Part shown: positions 9,793-18,900 of the stretch, piece after piece | Layout: the number at the start of each line of letters is the position of its first letter | Position numbering within the stretch: position 1 is the first letter of the stretch | Virus record (IMG/VR): IMGVR_UViG_3300026268_000003 | Span: 1-55,635 of that record | Strand: one strand, 5' to 3' | Origin: a virus | Taxonomy: Duplodnaviria > Caudoviricetes | Length of the DNA: 55,635 nucleotides | Translations under genes and position numbers: made by a program | The notes under the pieces: model-generated | Databases searched by the model: none | Seen by the model: the letters and a program-made list of their open reading frames with translations, nothing else | What the model was told of the DNA's origin: nothing

Positions 9793-10233
9793 CTAAAAAA
9801 CATCTTCGGCTAATACACCATCTATAGCAGATTTTATATCGCCATTATCTATATCCAACTCACCATCCATATCGCCTTTCCACACTTCAACCTTCTTACC
9901 ATTGTGGAATAACGCAACAGATGGATAGTTTCGTATTCGAAGTTTCTTGATTGCTTTCTTAACATTTGAATGATTAACTTCATAGATAATACACCCCTCA
10001 AAGCCTTTTATACCATCAAATAATTTAGAGTCAAGATTTTTCTTTTGATACGCCGCTGTAAATTTAATTAATACAAACCCCTTAGCTGTTTTTTTCTTAA
10101 AAGTATCATCTGTGATTTCTGGTTTCGTTGTAGGTGTTCGTTGTGCACTAACAAAATCTGTACATAATACAAACATAAGTCCTATTGCACATAAAACTTT
10201 AAATCCACGCCTAATTAATTGTATTCTATTCAT
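9793..10233 (-). CDS. Exported thioredoxin-fold protein lacking CXXC
   Basis: Signal-peptide-like N-terminus (…VSA|QR); VLIKFTAAYQ in place of VLVDFWAxWCxxC; IRNYPSVALFHNGKKV cis-Pro strand pair. Confidence 0.65.
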   Translation of the reverse strand: MNRIQLIRRGFKVLCAIGLMFVLCTDFVSAQRTPTTKPEITDDTFKKKTAKGFVLIKFTAAYQKKNLDSKLFDGIKGFEGCIIYEVNHSNVKKAIKKLRIRNYPSVALFHNGKKVEVWKGDMDGELDIDNGDIKSAIDGVLAEDVF

Positions 10234-10235
10234 AA

Positions 10236-10886
10236 CTATTTATCCCGTTTTCTCCGTTCAAGTGATTTTATATCATTTTGTAATTCTTTGATAACATCTT
10301 GAAGTTCTTCTATTTTTCCATAAGCCTCGTCCATTTCGTCCTGTAGACCTTCGACATTATCCTTATACTGTTCATAAGAACGAGGCCAGTTATATCCCTC
10401 TGGTCTTGATGGATACTCTCCTTCATATAATGATTTTAATGATGGGAGCTCTTTAGCTTCTTGTATGTCTGCCTGTAACATATACCACATACCAACCAAT
10501 GATGCAATTCCTGTGGCCGCACCAATCATTGTTTGTACTGATAAAGTGAACTTAGTACTTAGTACTGCTTCTTCACTTAATTCTTTTGGTTTGGACACTT
10601 TTTTCTCCTGTATAACTGGTTTCGGTTTACTCTTTGATTTTGAAATTTGTTTTTGTAATATTCTATCTCGTTTACTCTTTTCTACTTCGTCTGAAGCTTT
10701 ATTAGCTTGTTCCATCATAACTTCTGTTAAGTCTTCAACCGTAACATAACCCAATTCAACAAAGATTTCACCTAATTTTCTTTTATCACCTTGTGTTTGT
10801 ATCTGTACAGCTTTTGCAAGTTGTCGTTTTGTTATGATATCGGCGTCCATTAAAAGGTTGCCTAATCTTTCTCCATTCCGTGCCAT
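10236..10886 (-). CDS. MshEN-domain (c-di-GMP-binding type) membrane protein with C-terminal coiled coil
   Basis: Tandem motifs RLGNLLMDADIITKRQLAKAVQIQ and KLGEIFVELGYVTVEDLTEVMMEQ match MshEN RLGxxLxxxGxxxxxxLxxxLxxQ; TM MIGAATGIASLVGMWYML; heptad C-terminus. Confidence 0.75.
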   Translation of the reverse strand: MARNGERLGNLLMDADIITKRQLAKAVQIQTQGDKRKLGEIFVELGYVTVEDLTEVMMEQANKASDEVEKSKRDRILQKQISKSKSKPKPVIQEKKVSKPKELSEEAVLSTKFTLSVQTMIGAATGIASLVGMWYMLQADIQEAKELPSLKSLYEGEYPSRPEGYNWPRSYEQYKDNVEGLQDEMDEAYGKIEELQDVIKELQNDIKSLERRKRDK

Positions 10887-11437
10887 TATTCGCTCTCTTT
10901 AAATCGTACCTCGAACACATCGTGGTCATCAGTACCTTTATATTCTATTTGTGTTATGTCTGCCTCACCACCAAAGTGTTGAGCCACTCCCTTTAACATT
11001 CCAACTGCTAACGGAGCTAATCCATCTCTTTGTGATACATAGTGAACTTTAAAATGATTCTCACCGAGTTCTTCTATTTCAAATGCAGGTGGAACTAAAC
11101 TTGGTAACATTTGAGAAATTCTTACATGCATCTCATCTAATCCTGCCACAAAACTTTGAAAATCATTACCAAACGCTTCAAAGTACTCACCATACCCTTT
11201 TGGTGCAACATCGGTTGCCCAATAAACACCGAACATTTCTAATACATCTCCTGCAGGAATATCTAATGTTTCTGAAACTGCTCCTACTAATGAGAATGTT
11301 ACACTATCATCATAAGATTCTAAATCTCCATAAACATCTTTGTCTATACCAGATGCTACAAGAACTTGTTCCCAAACTTCTTCACCTGCTTCTCGTGTAA
11401 CTAAAGTTCTTATTGCTTTATTTATCATTCCATACAT
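10886..11437 (-). CDS. H-NOX (haem nitric-oxide/oxygen binding, HNOB) protein
   Basis: MYG N-terminus, FGxYW, proximal His104 (LDEMH), PPAF, Y133-x-S135-x-R137 haem-binding motif, GLAP...G, DHDVF; full-length stand-alone domain resembling Nostoc H-NOX and sGC beta1. Confidence 0.95.
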   Translation of the reverse strand: MYGMINKAIRTLVTREAGEEVWEQVLVASGIDKDVYGDLESYDDSVTFSLVGAVSETLDIPAGDVLEMFGVYWATDVAPKGYGEYFEAFGNDFQSFVAGLDEMHVRISQMLPSLVPPAFEIEELGENHFKVHYVSQRDGLAPLAVGMLKGVAQHFGGEADITQIEYKGTDDHDVFEVRFKESE

Positions 11438-11439
11438 TA

Positions 11440-11586
11440 TTATCTACCATATATATTTTTAATTGGATTATTTTTATTTTTCTCTAACCATTTTTTATGT
11501 TGACTAGCGGTTCGACCTTCCGTTGCCCACTTTTTATTTAACATCCGTCTTTTTCGTTTTCTATCTTTAGCTTTACTATTCGGCAT
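11440..11586 (-). CDS. 48-aa basic protein (MPNSKAKDRKRKRRMLNKKWATEGRT...)
   Basis: Below the ORF-track cut-off; overlaps the upstream stop and ends 2 nt before the H-NOX ATG. Confidence 0.6.
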   Translation of the reverse strand: MPNSKAKDRKRKRRMLNKKWATEGRTASQHKKWLEKNKNNPIKNIYGR

Positions 11587-12871
11587 TACTAAATCCTACA
11601 AATTGATAATTCAAACCAACTTTAAAATCATACGCTGGTCGTTCCCAGTAATATAAATAACGGCCTTCCGCAAAAAGTCCTAAATTTTCCTGTACTTTAA
11701 TTCCAAAAATTGCACCAAAATCATAATCATTCCAACTCATCCACATTGACTCCATATACATAAAATCAGAAGGTTCTTTACCTTCATCTACATGGTCTAT
11801 ATAAGAAGAGGCGTTGTGATATGAATATTTATCATGTCCATAATGATAAGGTAACCAATTACCCCACGCATGTATCCACCACCTATCTCCATAATGATAA
11901 TAATCAGTACCTATTACTAAAGATGTTTCTTTTTGATATCCTAAACCCTTTTTTATTCCATTCATGTATGATTCTAACAATCCTGGAAAATGATAAACAA
12001 AAAATTCTCTATCCGTCCATGCAATAATTTCTCCATCGGAAGTTTCCCACATATAATCATACCCAATAAATTCACCATCTCCATTAAAGAATGGGCCATC
12101 ACCAGGTACATCAATCCAAGTATCTGACTCTGCGTCGTAATATACTAAGTGACCTTCATGATATACATTATCTTCATCAACTATATACCATCTTTTATCA
12201 TCCATACCAAAAGCATCTTCGGCAAAATCCCACCAAGAACCTCTATACCAAGTTGTATCTAATATCATAGCATCAAATCCATATACAGGATGTTGTCTAT
12301 GTTTTGCACCAACACTAAATGTTATCTGATTACCTAAAAATTCTGGTGACCACTTTAATCTTAAATCACCTTGACCATAAGTTATTTCTTCTAAACCAAG
12401 TTCCGTCCAACCTAATTTAGCCATGAACCAATTACCAGTATATCTCAACCAATATTCTTGATTAAGATATTCATTTCCCCATTGACGACCTTCAGTCCAT
12501 TTTATTAAATATTCCCAACCTTTAACTGAACCAAATGTTGCATTTTCATTCGCGTTTTTTTCTGAACCATCGTACCAAGTTCCACCATTACCAGCATTCT
12601 TAACACCTCGTTTTGGTTCATAATTGAAACGACCAATTTTTCTCAATCCGAATGATTTTTGAAAATCAGCTTTTAATTCTCTTTCTTCCCTTTCAACTTC
12701 CAAGTCACCAGTATCCAATCCACCAACAATACTAAACCTATCCTCTTGATGTCGTGGTGCATTTAAACTAAAACTTGCATACGCAGTCGAGTACTTAAAA
12801 AAGTTTAGTATAATATCTTGACTAAACAAAGAAGTAGACAATAATAGTCCTATGAAAATGTTTTTTAACAT
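11576..12871 (-). CDS. Exported aromatic-rich protein, probable outer-membrane beta-barrel
   Basis: Signal peptide MLKNIFIGLLLSTSLFS|Q, many amphipathic W/Y/F strands, near-terminal DFKVGLNYQF beta-signal-like strand; GGGAG RBS. Confidence 0.55.
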   Translation of the reverse strand: MLKNIFIGLLLSTSLFSQDIILNFFKYSTAYASFSLNAPRHQEDRFSIVGGLDTGDLEVEREERELKADFQKSFGLRKIGRFNYEPKRGVKNAGNGGTWYDGSEKNANENATFGSVKGWEYLIKWTEGRQWGNEYLNQEYWLRYTGNWFMAKLGWTELGLEEITYGQGDLRLKWSPEFLGNQITFSVGAKHRQHPVYGFDAMILDTTWYRGSWWDFAEDAFGMDDKRWYIVDEDNVYHEGHLVYYDAESDTWIDVPGDGPFFNGDGEFIGYDYMWETSDGEIIAWTDREFFVYHFPGLLESYMNGIKKGLGYQKETSLVIGTDYYHYGDRWWIHAWGNWLPYHYGHDKYSYHNASSYIDHVDEGKEPSDFMYMESMWMSWNDYDFGAIFGIKVQENLGLFAEGRYLYYWERPAYDFKVGLNYQFVGFSNAE

Positions 12872-12909
12872 TTAATTTCTCCCAATATTTTTATTCTATC
12901 TATACAACT

Positions 12910-12917
12910 ATAAATAT
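12910..12917 (-). promoter_or_regulatory. ATATTTAT motif heading the beta-barrel/H-NOX/MshEN/holin operon
   Basis: In the 62-bp gap upstream of 12871, on the coding strand. Confidence 0.55.
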
Positions 12918-12933
12918 CATACTTTAGAATATT

Positions 12934-13968
12934 TTATACATCAAACCTAACGACAATTGAAAATGCTTCATCTTTATCACGTTTAATAGGTCTACCTAAC
13001 TTACCAATTGCTAAAAGGTCGTTGTGGTCATTATATAAACCAACTGTAGTTACATATGGCGAGAAATCTGAATGTGTTGTATGATTAATAGCGAATTCGG
13101 TAGCATTATAACTTGTTTTTACAGAACCACTTCCACCATCTGGATTATCACCAGGTGCAAATACCCTCCACGTGTCTGGTGAATTTGGAGCAACAGTTAT
13201 ACTACCACTTCTACCAGAAGTAGCACTAATATTAGTTGTTGTATTGAATTCTGTTTTACCAATATTACACATATACTCATGTTCATATATGGTATGACTA
13301 GCTTTAAAATCCAATTCCCAACCATCTGTACCATTTCCAAGTCCTACCTGACTATAAGAACCAGTATCTGTAATTGTAATGACCCCATGTTCATAAAAAA
13401 TATTACCTATTGCACTACCACTACCTTCTGCAGTTAAATTTGAACCATCCCAACTACTACTTTTAAATGCCGCGAAACTAGCAGAATAAGTATTGTCATA
13501 TAAATTCCCTTGACCATCATCATATATTGTATAAGTTACATCAGTGCTATCGTCTGTTAACTTAACACTCTTAGGTTTTATACCTTCACTATAAAATTTC
13601 TGGGGTATTGATATAACATTTACTCTATTATGTAAGTCTCTATAACATTTATTGGTATCTGTATTACCAAAACTATGAAATGGTTTATTACCATCTCTAT
13701 AATATAAGTGTCTCATAGACCAATAAGTTGGAATCTTATACCAAGTACCAAGACTCCAAGGGTCTTTACCTAAACTAGCAGAAATAGTGGAATAATCTCC
13801 AAATGAATGTGATTCCGCAGTTGATGTGTTGAAGTTGTGCCAACTTCCAGATAACCCTTCTATCGCGTAAACACCACTACCGCTATCAACATTTGTGAAT
13901 GTGAAATCTTTAAATGTTTTAAAGGGTGATATTAACGCGTCTTGTGGGTCGAGATTTTTAAATATCAT
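12934..13968 (-). CDS. Virion structural protein (tail collar/baseplate-associated)
   Basis: C-terminal YVTTVGLYNDHNDLLAIGKLGRPIK shared with the neighbouring gene; resembles tail-collar fibre domains. Confidence 0.55.
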   Translation of the reverse strand: MIFKNLDPQDALISPFKTFKDFTFTNVDSGSGVYAIEGLSGSWHNFNTSTAESHSFGDYSTISASLGKDPWSLGTWYKIPTYWSMRHLYYRDGNKPFHSFGNTDTNKCYRDLHNRVNVISIPQKFYSEGIKPKSVKLTDDSTDVTYTIYDDGQGNLYDNTYSASFAAFKSSSWDGSNLTAEGSGSAIGNIFYEHGVITITDTGSYSQVGLGNGTDGWELDFKASHTIYEHEYMCNIGKTEFNTTTNISATSGRSGSITVAPNSPDTWRVFAPGDNPDGGSGSVKTSYNATEFAINHTTHSDFSPYVTTVGLYNDHNDLLAIGKLGRPIKRDKDEAFSIVVRFDV

Positions 13969-13988
13969 AGATGACCCTCTCCTTTAGA

Positions 13989-15164
13989 CTAAAAGTCTAA
14001 TTTGACTTTGATAATAGCTTCCCTAGCGTAAGATTTCAATAAAGGTTTACTTAGTTTAGCAACAGCTAATAGTTCATTTTCATCGTTGTACATCCCAACA
14101 GTAGTAATATACGTCTTTGGGTCTTTATGAAACGATGGATTATTAAACGAACCATCAGATTGTGTAAAGAATGTAGGATTATTACTAAAATTATATCTCT
14201 TATTCCTTACTCTACAAAAATAATGTGTGGAAGAAATGTTTTCCTCTCTACGAGCTTGAAATTTACCACCACCAACAAATGCGTTATAGAACTTCTGGAT
14301 GTTTTCTTCAGCACCTGTGATTCCTCTATCAGTACCAAATGAACCAGAACCATCAGCTTGAGCGGCACTTATAATCCAAATACCTAAATCTGGATAAAAC
14401 AACCCAAGTCCACCATTTGGTTGACTTGTTGCCACTATTGATGTTTCCGCTACACCATTAGTTAATGAACCAGAAACAATGTTGAATACTCTTCCACCCT
14501 TATTTACTGATGGGTCAACTGTTGCACCACTATCATCAATTAGTTTCCAATAGGTTTGGCCAGTTGTATCTACACCACTACTACCACTTAACCAAAGTTC
14601 CCAATTACCTGGGTCAACTTTTTCTCTAATTCGTGCTCTATTAGCAGAAATTATATAAACATCATCTGAATCAACACTACCAGCCATTGTAAATTTAGTA
14701 TCATTTGGTGTCAATAAAATATTTCTAAATTGTGAATACATAGCTTTTGAAGCGGCATTATCACCACCGGTAGCCTTTGAACCACTACCAGCATAATGAC
14801 CATACGCAATACCAAATTGAACTTGAGCTGTATCATCACTTGGGTCTACTGCATAAATATCATTATAATACTCACCACTTGACGCACTTTGTGCCGAAGA
14901 AGTGAAATATGTAGCTAAACTACCAGTATTTCCAGACCACAATGGAGACGAAACCACCGCCTTCATATTTTCAAGTATATCATTATCTGGGTCAAAGACC
15001 GTATAGATACTTGGTTTTGTTATTGGGGCGGGTCTACCAATACTCTTACCAAGAAGTTTAGATGCAACTGATAAACCACCAATTCCTTTACCAGACTTTA
15101 CAGCATCTTCTATCTGTATAATTTCTTGTGTGGATAATCCCTTTTTCTTTTTTCCTTTAGCCAT
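13989..15164 (-). CDS. Virion structural protein, paralogue of 12934..13968
   Basis: C-terminal YITTVGMYNDENELLAVAKLSKPL; S/G-rich. Confidence 0.55.
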   Translation of the reverse strand: MAKGKKKKGLSTQEIIQIEDAVKSGKGIGGLSVASKLLGKSIGRPAPITKPSIYTVFDPDNDILENMKAVVSSPLWSGNTGSLATYFTSSAQSASSGEYYNDIYAVDPSDDTAQVQFGIAYGHYAGSGSKATGGDNAASKAMYSQFRNILLTPNDTKFTMAGSVDSDDVYIISANRARIREKVDPGNWELWLSGSSGVDTTGQTYWKLIDDSGATVDPSVNKGGRVFNIVSGSLTNGVAETSIVATSQPNGGLGLFYPDLGIWIISAAQADGSGSFGTDRGITGAEENIQKFYNAFVGGGKFQARREENISSTHYFCRVRNKRYNFSNNPTFFTQSDGSFNNPSFHKDPKTYITTVGMYNDENELLAVAKLSKPLLKSYAREAIIKVKLDF

Positions 15165-15174
15165 GATTTATCTC

Positions 15175-15828
15175 CTACTCAGCAGTTACATTTACTGGAA
15201 CATCAGCACTAATAGTTATTGGAATAGTATATGTCGCACCAGTTTCATTACCAACGATAGTAAGTTGTGTATTAATATCAGACGATAATGTTCTTGCAAT
15301 TAAATCAACTGCTTTAGCTACAACAGTAATTGAATTCTTTCTATCATCATCACCAATAAAAGTTGGTATTGTAGCTCCTTGAGCCGATACTTCACCACCA
15401 GCAGATACCATCATTCTACATGCATCCGAATTATGTAAAACAAATGTATATCCAAGAGTAGCATCTGACGCATTTCTTGTATTTGGTGTAATTGTTTGTT
15501 TAACACCAGCTTTCTTAAATTCAAGAGAAGTTGAAGTAAGTTCAAGAATAGGCATTTTAGCCGTATTCTTAGGTAATGTAGTTAGCTTATATCTCATTAC
15601 TTGATTTTCGTCTGGTACTGCTTCTATCAATGGCATATTTTCAATAACTGCACCATAATAGTTCGAACCAAGTGAATTTGTTACATCCCATAACGTATAA
15701 TCTATCTCATCATCTGCTAATGCAAATTTACTAATTTTGAATTCATTTCTACCGCGAGCTAATAACTCTCGACCTTTCTTAGTTAAGATGGCATCTACGG
15801 TTGTTGAAGAATTATCTAAAAATCCCAT
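15175..15828 (-). CDS. Virion structural protein with tail-collar-like N-terminus
   Basis: AILTKKGRELLA...FKISKFALAD resembles the N-terminus of phage tail-collar fibre proteins; GGAG RBS. Confidence 0.55.
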   Translation of the reverse strand: MGFLDNSSTTVDAILTKKGRELLARGRNEFKISKFALADDEIDYTLWDVTNSLGSNYYGAVIENMPLIEAVPDENQVMRYKLTTLPKNTAKMPILELTSTSLEFKKAGVKQTITPNTRNASDATLGYTFVLHNSDACRMMVSAGGEVSAQGATIPTFIGDDDRKNSITVVAKAVDLIARTLSSDINTQLTIVGNETGATYTIPITISADVPVNVTAE

Positions 15829-15862
15829 GTTTTATCTCCAGTGATTAATTTTGTATTCATAT

Positions 15863-15922
15863 ATAAATATTCGTCACCAAAATTTTTGGTATAAAATAAC
15901 TTTTTCGTTCATATATAAATAT
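15863..15922 (-). promoter_or_regulatory. Two tandem ATATTTAT motifs (15863-15870, 15915-15922)
   Basis: Both intergenic and on the coding strand upstream of 15828. Confidence 0.55.
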
Positions 15923-15945
15923 CATTGTTTTAGTTTTTTGTGTTT

Positions 15946-18900
15946 TTATTCTACACTTAATTTAGAATCGCCTGATTCTTTTGTTGTTAAAATAGTTGGT
16001 GAAGTTATAATTACTTCTACTGATTCTTTACCATCTGGCGTTGTATCATCCGTCTGTTTACAACCATCAAATAATAAATTTCTTAAAGCTGTAGTACTCT
16101 CATAAAGTGGTGTTACTTCGGCAGGACTTAATGAAGAAGAATTTGAATGATATCTTTGATGTTCTTTAATATTCATATTACCTGCTCTATAAAAACTTTC
16201 TTTAGAATTATAAAAATATTCTTCTATTTTATGATATTCTGATAGTCTCGAACTGCTAATCATAGGTATAGTTACTTCTTCAAAAATACCCTTACCATCT
16301 TGTCCACCAGAATATCCACCATTGTGACCTGCTATATAAGAACCACTATATATGTTATCACCTCTTGTATTATTAGTAAAACTATATAATGATGGCATAA
16401 GGAATGTATCATAAGTATCTATTGTAGTAGAAGAATTGGGGCCATATAAAGATAATGTTGAAAAATCTTCATAAGTGCCACTCCACGAGAATATATCTGA
16501 AAAAATATTTATACTACTTGTGTAGTCATTGTGTTCACCAGTAAAACTTGGATACATAGATTCACTAATGAATCCATCGGTATCAAGATATTGACCAAAA
16601 AAAGATGGTATTACAGACTCACTAACAAATGTTTGATAATAATCTTGTGTACCAACAAAACTTGGATACATAGATTCACTAATGAATGTTTGATAGTAAT
16701 CTTGTGTACCAGTAAAACTTGGGTACATGGATTCGCTAATAAATGTTTGATAGTAATCTTCTGTACCAGTAAAACTTGGATACATAGATTCACTAATGAA
16801 TCCATCAGTATCAAGATATTGACCACTAGCAGATTCGGCATAATTTAAATCAATAAAATCTTCATAATATGTATTTTCAATTTCTGGTGGTTGACCAATA
16901 ATAGCTTTAGAACGTTCAAATATATTTGACTCAATTAAAGTACCTAACGCGGCATTAGCTCGAGCTGGAATTAAACTTTTTATTTGGTCAAATATAGCTT
17001 TATCGTAGAATTTTAAAATTCTCATATAATCCCAAAAACTATTAGGTGAAGTATATTTCTGCCAATATAAATCTTTTATTTTTCTTAATCCACGATAATA
17101 AGTTTTAAATTGGTCTCTTGGGTCACCAATATAATCTGAAAAATCCAAGTTACCCATCGAAAACATAATATCTTCATTTATAACATCAGTTGGTGCAAAG
17201 AAAACACCAAGTTTATTTGAATCTGTACTTGTCAAATCATATGCACTAACTTCATTTCTACTATCTATTGATAATTTACTTCCATATATCAATCTATTTT
17301 CTTCAATTCTTATTTTCGTAGCTCGCCTCATTTGTGGGCCAAAATTTGGAAGTACAAATTGTTCTACGTCTTCAGTATAACCGTAACTATCCCTATCTGG
17401 ATAATTTCTAGCACTACCACTTTGTATATAACTTTGGTCTGCACTTGTATCAAGTATATCAATAGAACCAGTTCCATGATTAGCTTCTTTATTAAACGAA
17501 TATCTTAAAACTAAATCAGTATAAGACGCTGACGGATGATTACCATTATAAGTTTTTGGAGCTCTAACATGATTATCAAAATGAGATTGTGATAAAGGTG
17601 AATTCCAATAACGAAATTCCATCATTGAACCAGTAAATTGATTACCAAATGTTCTTGTAGTATCACCACCAATGTATGCATCGGCATCTTGTTGGAATCT
17701 ATTATTCATTCCTTGTGGAGCACCACCACCACGACCATCTACATTCAAACTTGCAGAAGATTGATAGTAAATTCTATTTCTTGTAGCGTCATATTTTTTA
17801 AGAAATAACTCATAGTCAATATTACGACTATTACCATCGTCTACCATTGGTGCCTGACTTGCACTTTTCCTCGTTAACATTACAGACCAGAACTCGTTGT
17901 CGAAAACTGGTAACAATGAAGATGATATTTCTGCGTTAGAAGAACTACCAGTTATAGCAAATGTTAAGTAACCATTGTTGTCTTCTGAACCATCGTCCTT
18001 TAATGTAATTGCCCAATCAGTACCCTTCTGATAAAGTACTTGTTTAAATTCTCCACTACCAGATTGTACTGCTCTAAATCTAAACTCTACCGTATCAGGT
18101 ACTCTACCAGTATTTGTATCATCAGTCCAAGTTGTTTCTACGTGTTGACTACCATAGAAATTTAAAGACCTTCTATATTTACGAGTTACTTCATATGCAG
18201 TATTTTGTTCTGGTAAAACAGGTCCACCATATTCTCTTACACGTAATATTGTTGTTGGTAAACCATAACAACTAATCAATCCTTTTAATGCTCGAGAAGT
18301 ACCCTTTGTTTTTAAGAAATATGGCATATTAACTAATATTCTATTCCAAACTTCTCGTGTAATATCTCTTTCAGACTCGGCTGATGTTTGTACTGCTACA
18401 TTATCAGAACCAGATACTTCTATACCAAGTTGATGTTTTGGTAAACTAATTAAATTTTTACCATCGTAAACTTTCCAACCAAATCCTTTAGCTACTTCAT
18501 GTACTAAATCTCTTGATAATCCTTCATCAACTTTATTAGTACGATGATTTATATCAGTTAAAGCTTTTGTATATAACCATATATCATCAAAATGATGTCC
18601 AATCATATCTACAAATCTAAAAAATTGTTCATTTCTATCATCATCTCTAACATGCAATGGTAAATTGTTTACCAACCTATCTAAATTTTGTCTATCATGT
18701 AAAGATGCACTATCATCGTTTCCAGCTTTCCAACTTAAATATTGACTTGATGTAGTTGGAGCTAAAACATATGGATTAAGTAAAGTTCCTGTACCACTTA
18801 CTTTTGGCCAAGAAGTATCATGTAATTCTCCAAGTGAACTTGTTGTATAAGATGAAGATTGAAAATACATATACTTTTCAAATCCATCAAAACTATTTTT

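Noticed and set aside
16531-16848. Repeat tract as a CRISPR array or as separate repeat ORFs
   Set aside because: Units are contiguous 57-bp in-frame coding repeats without unique spacers; no cas genes.
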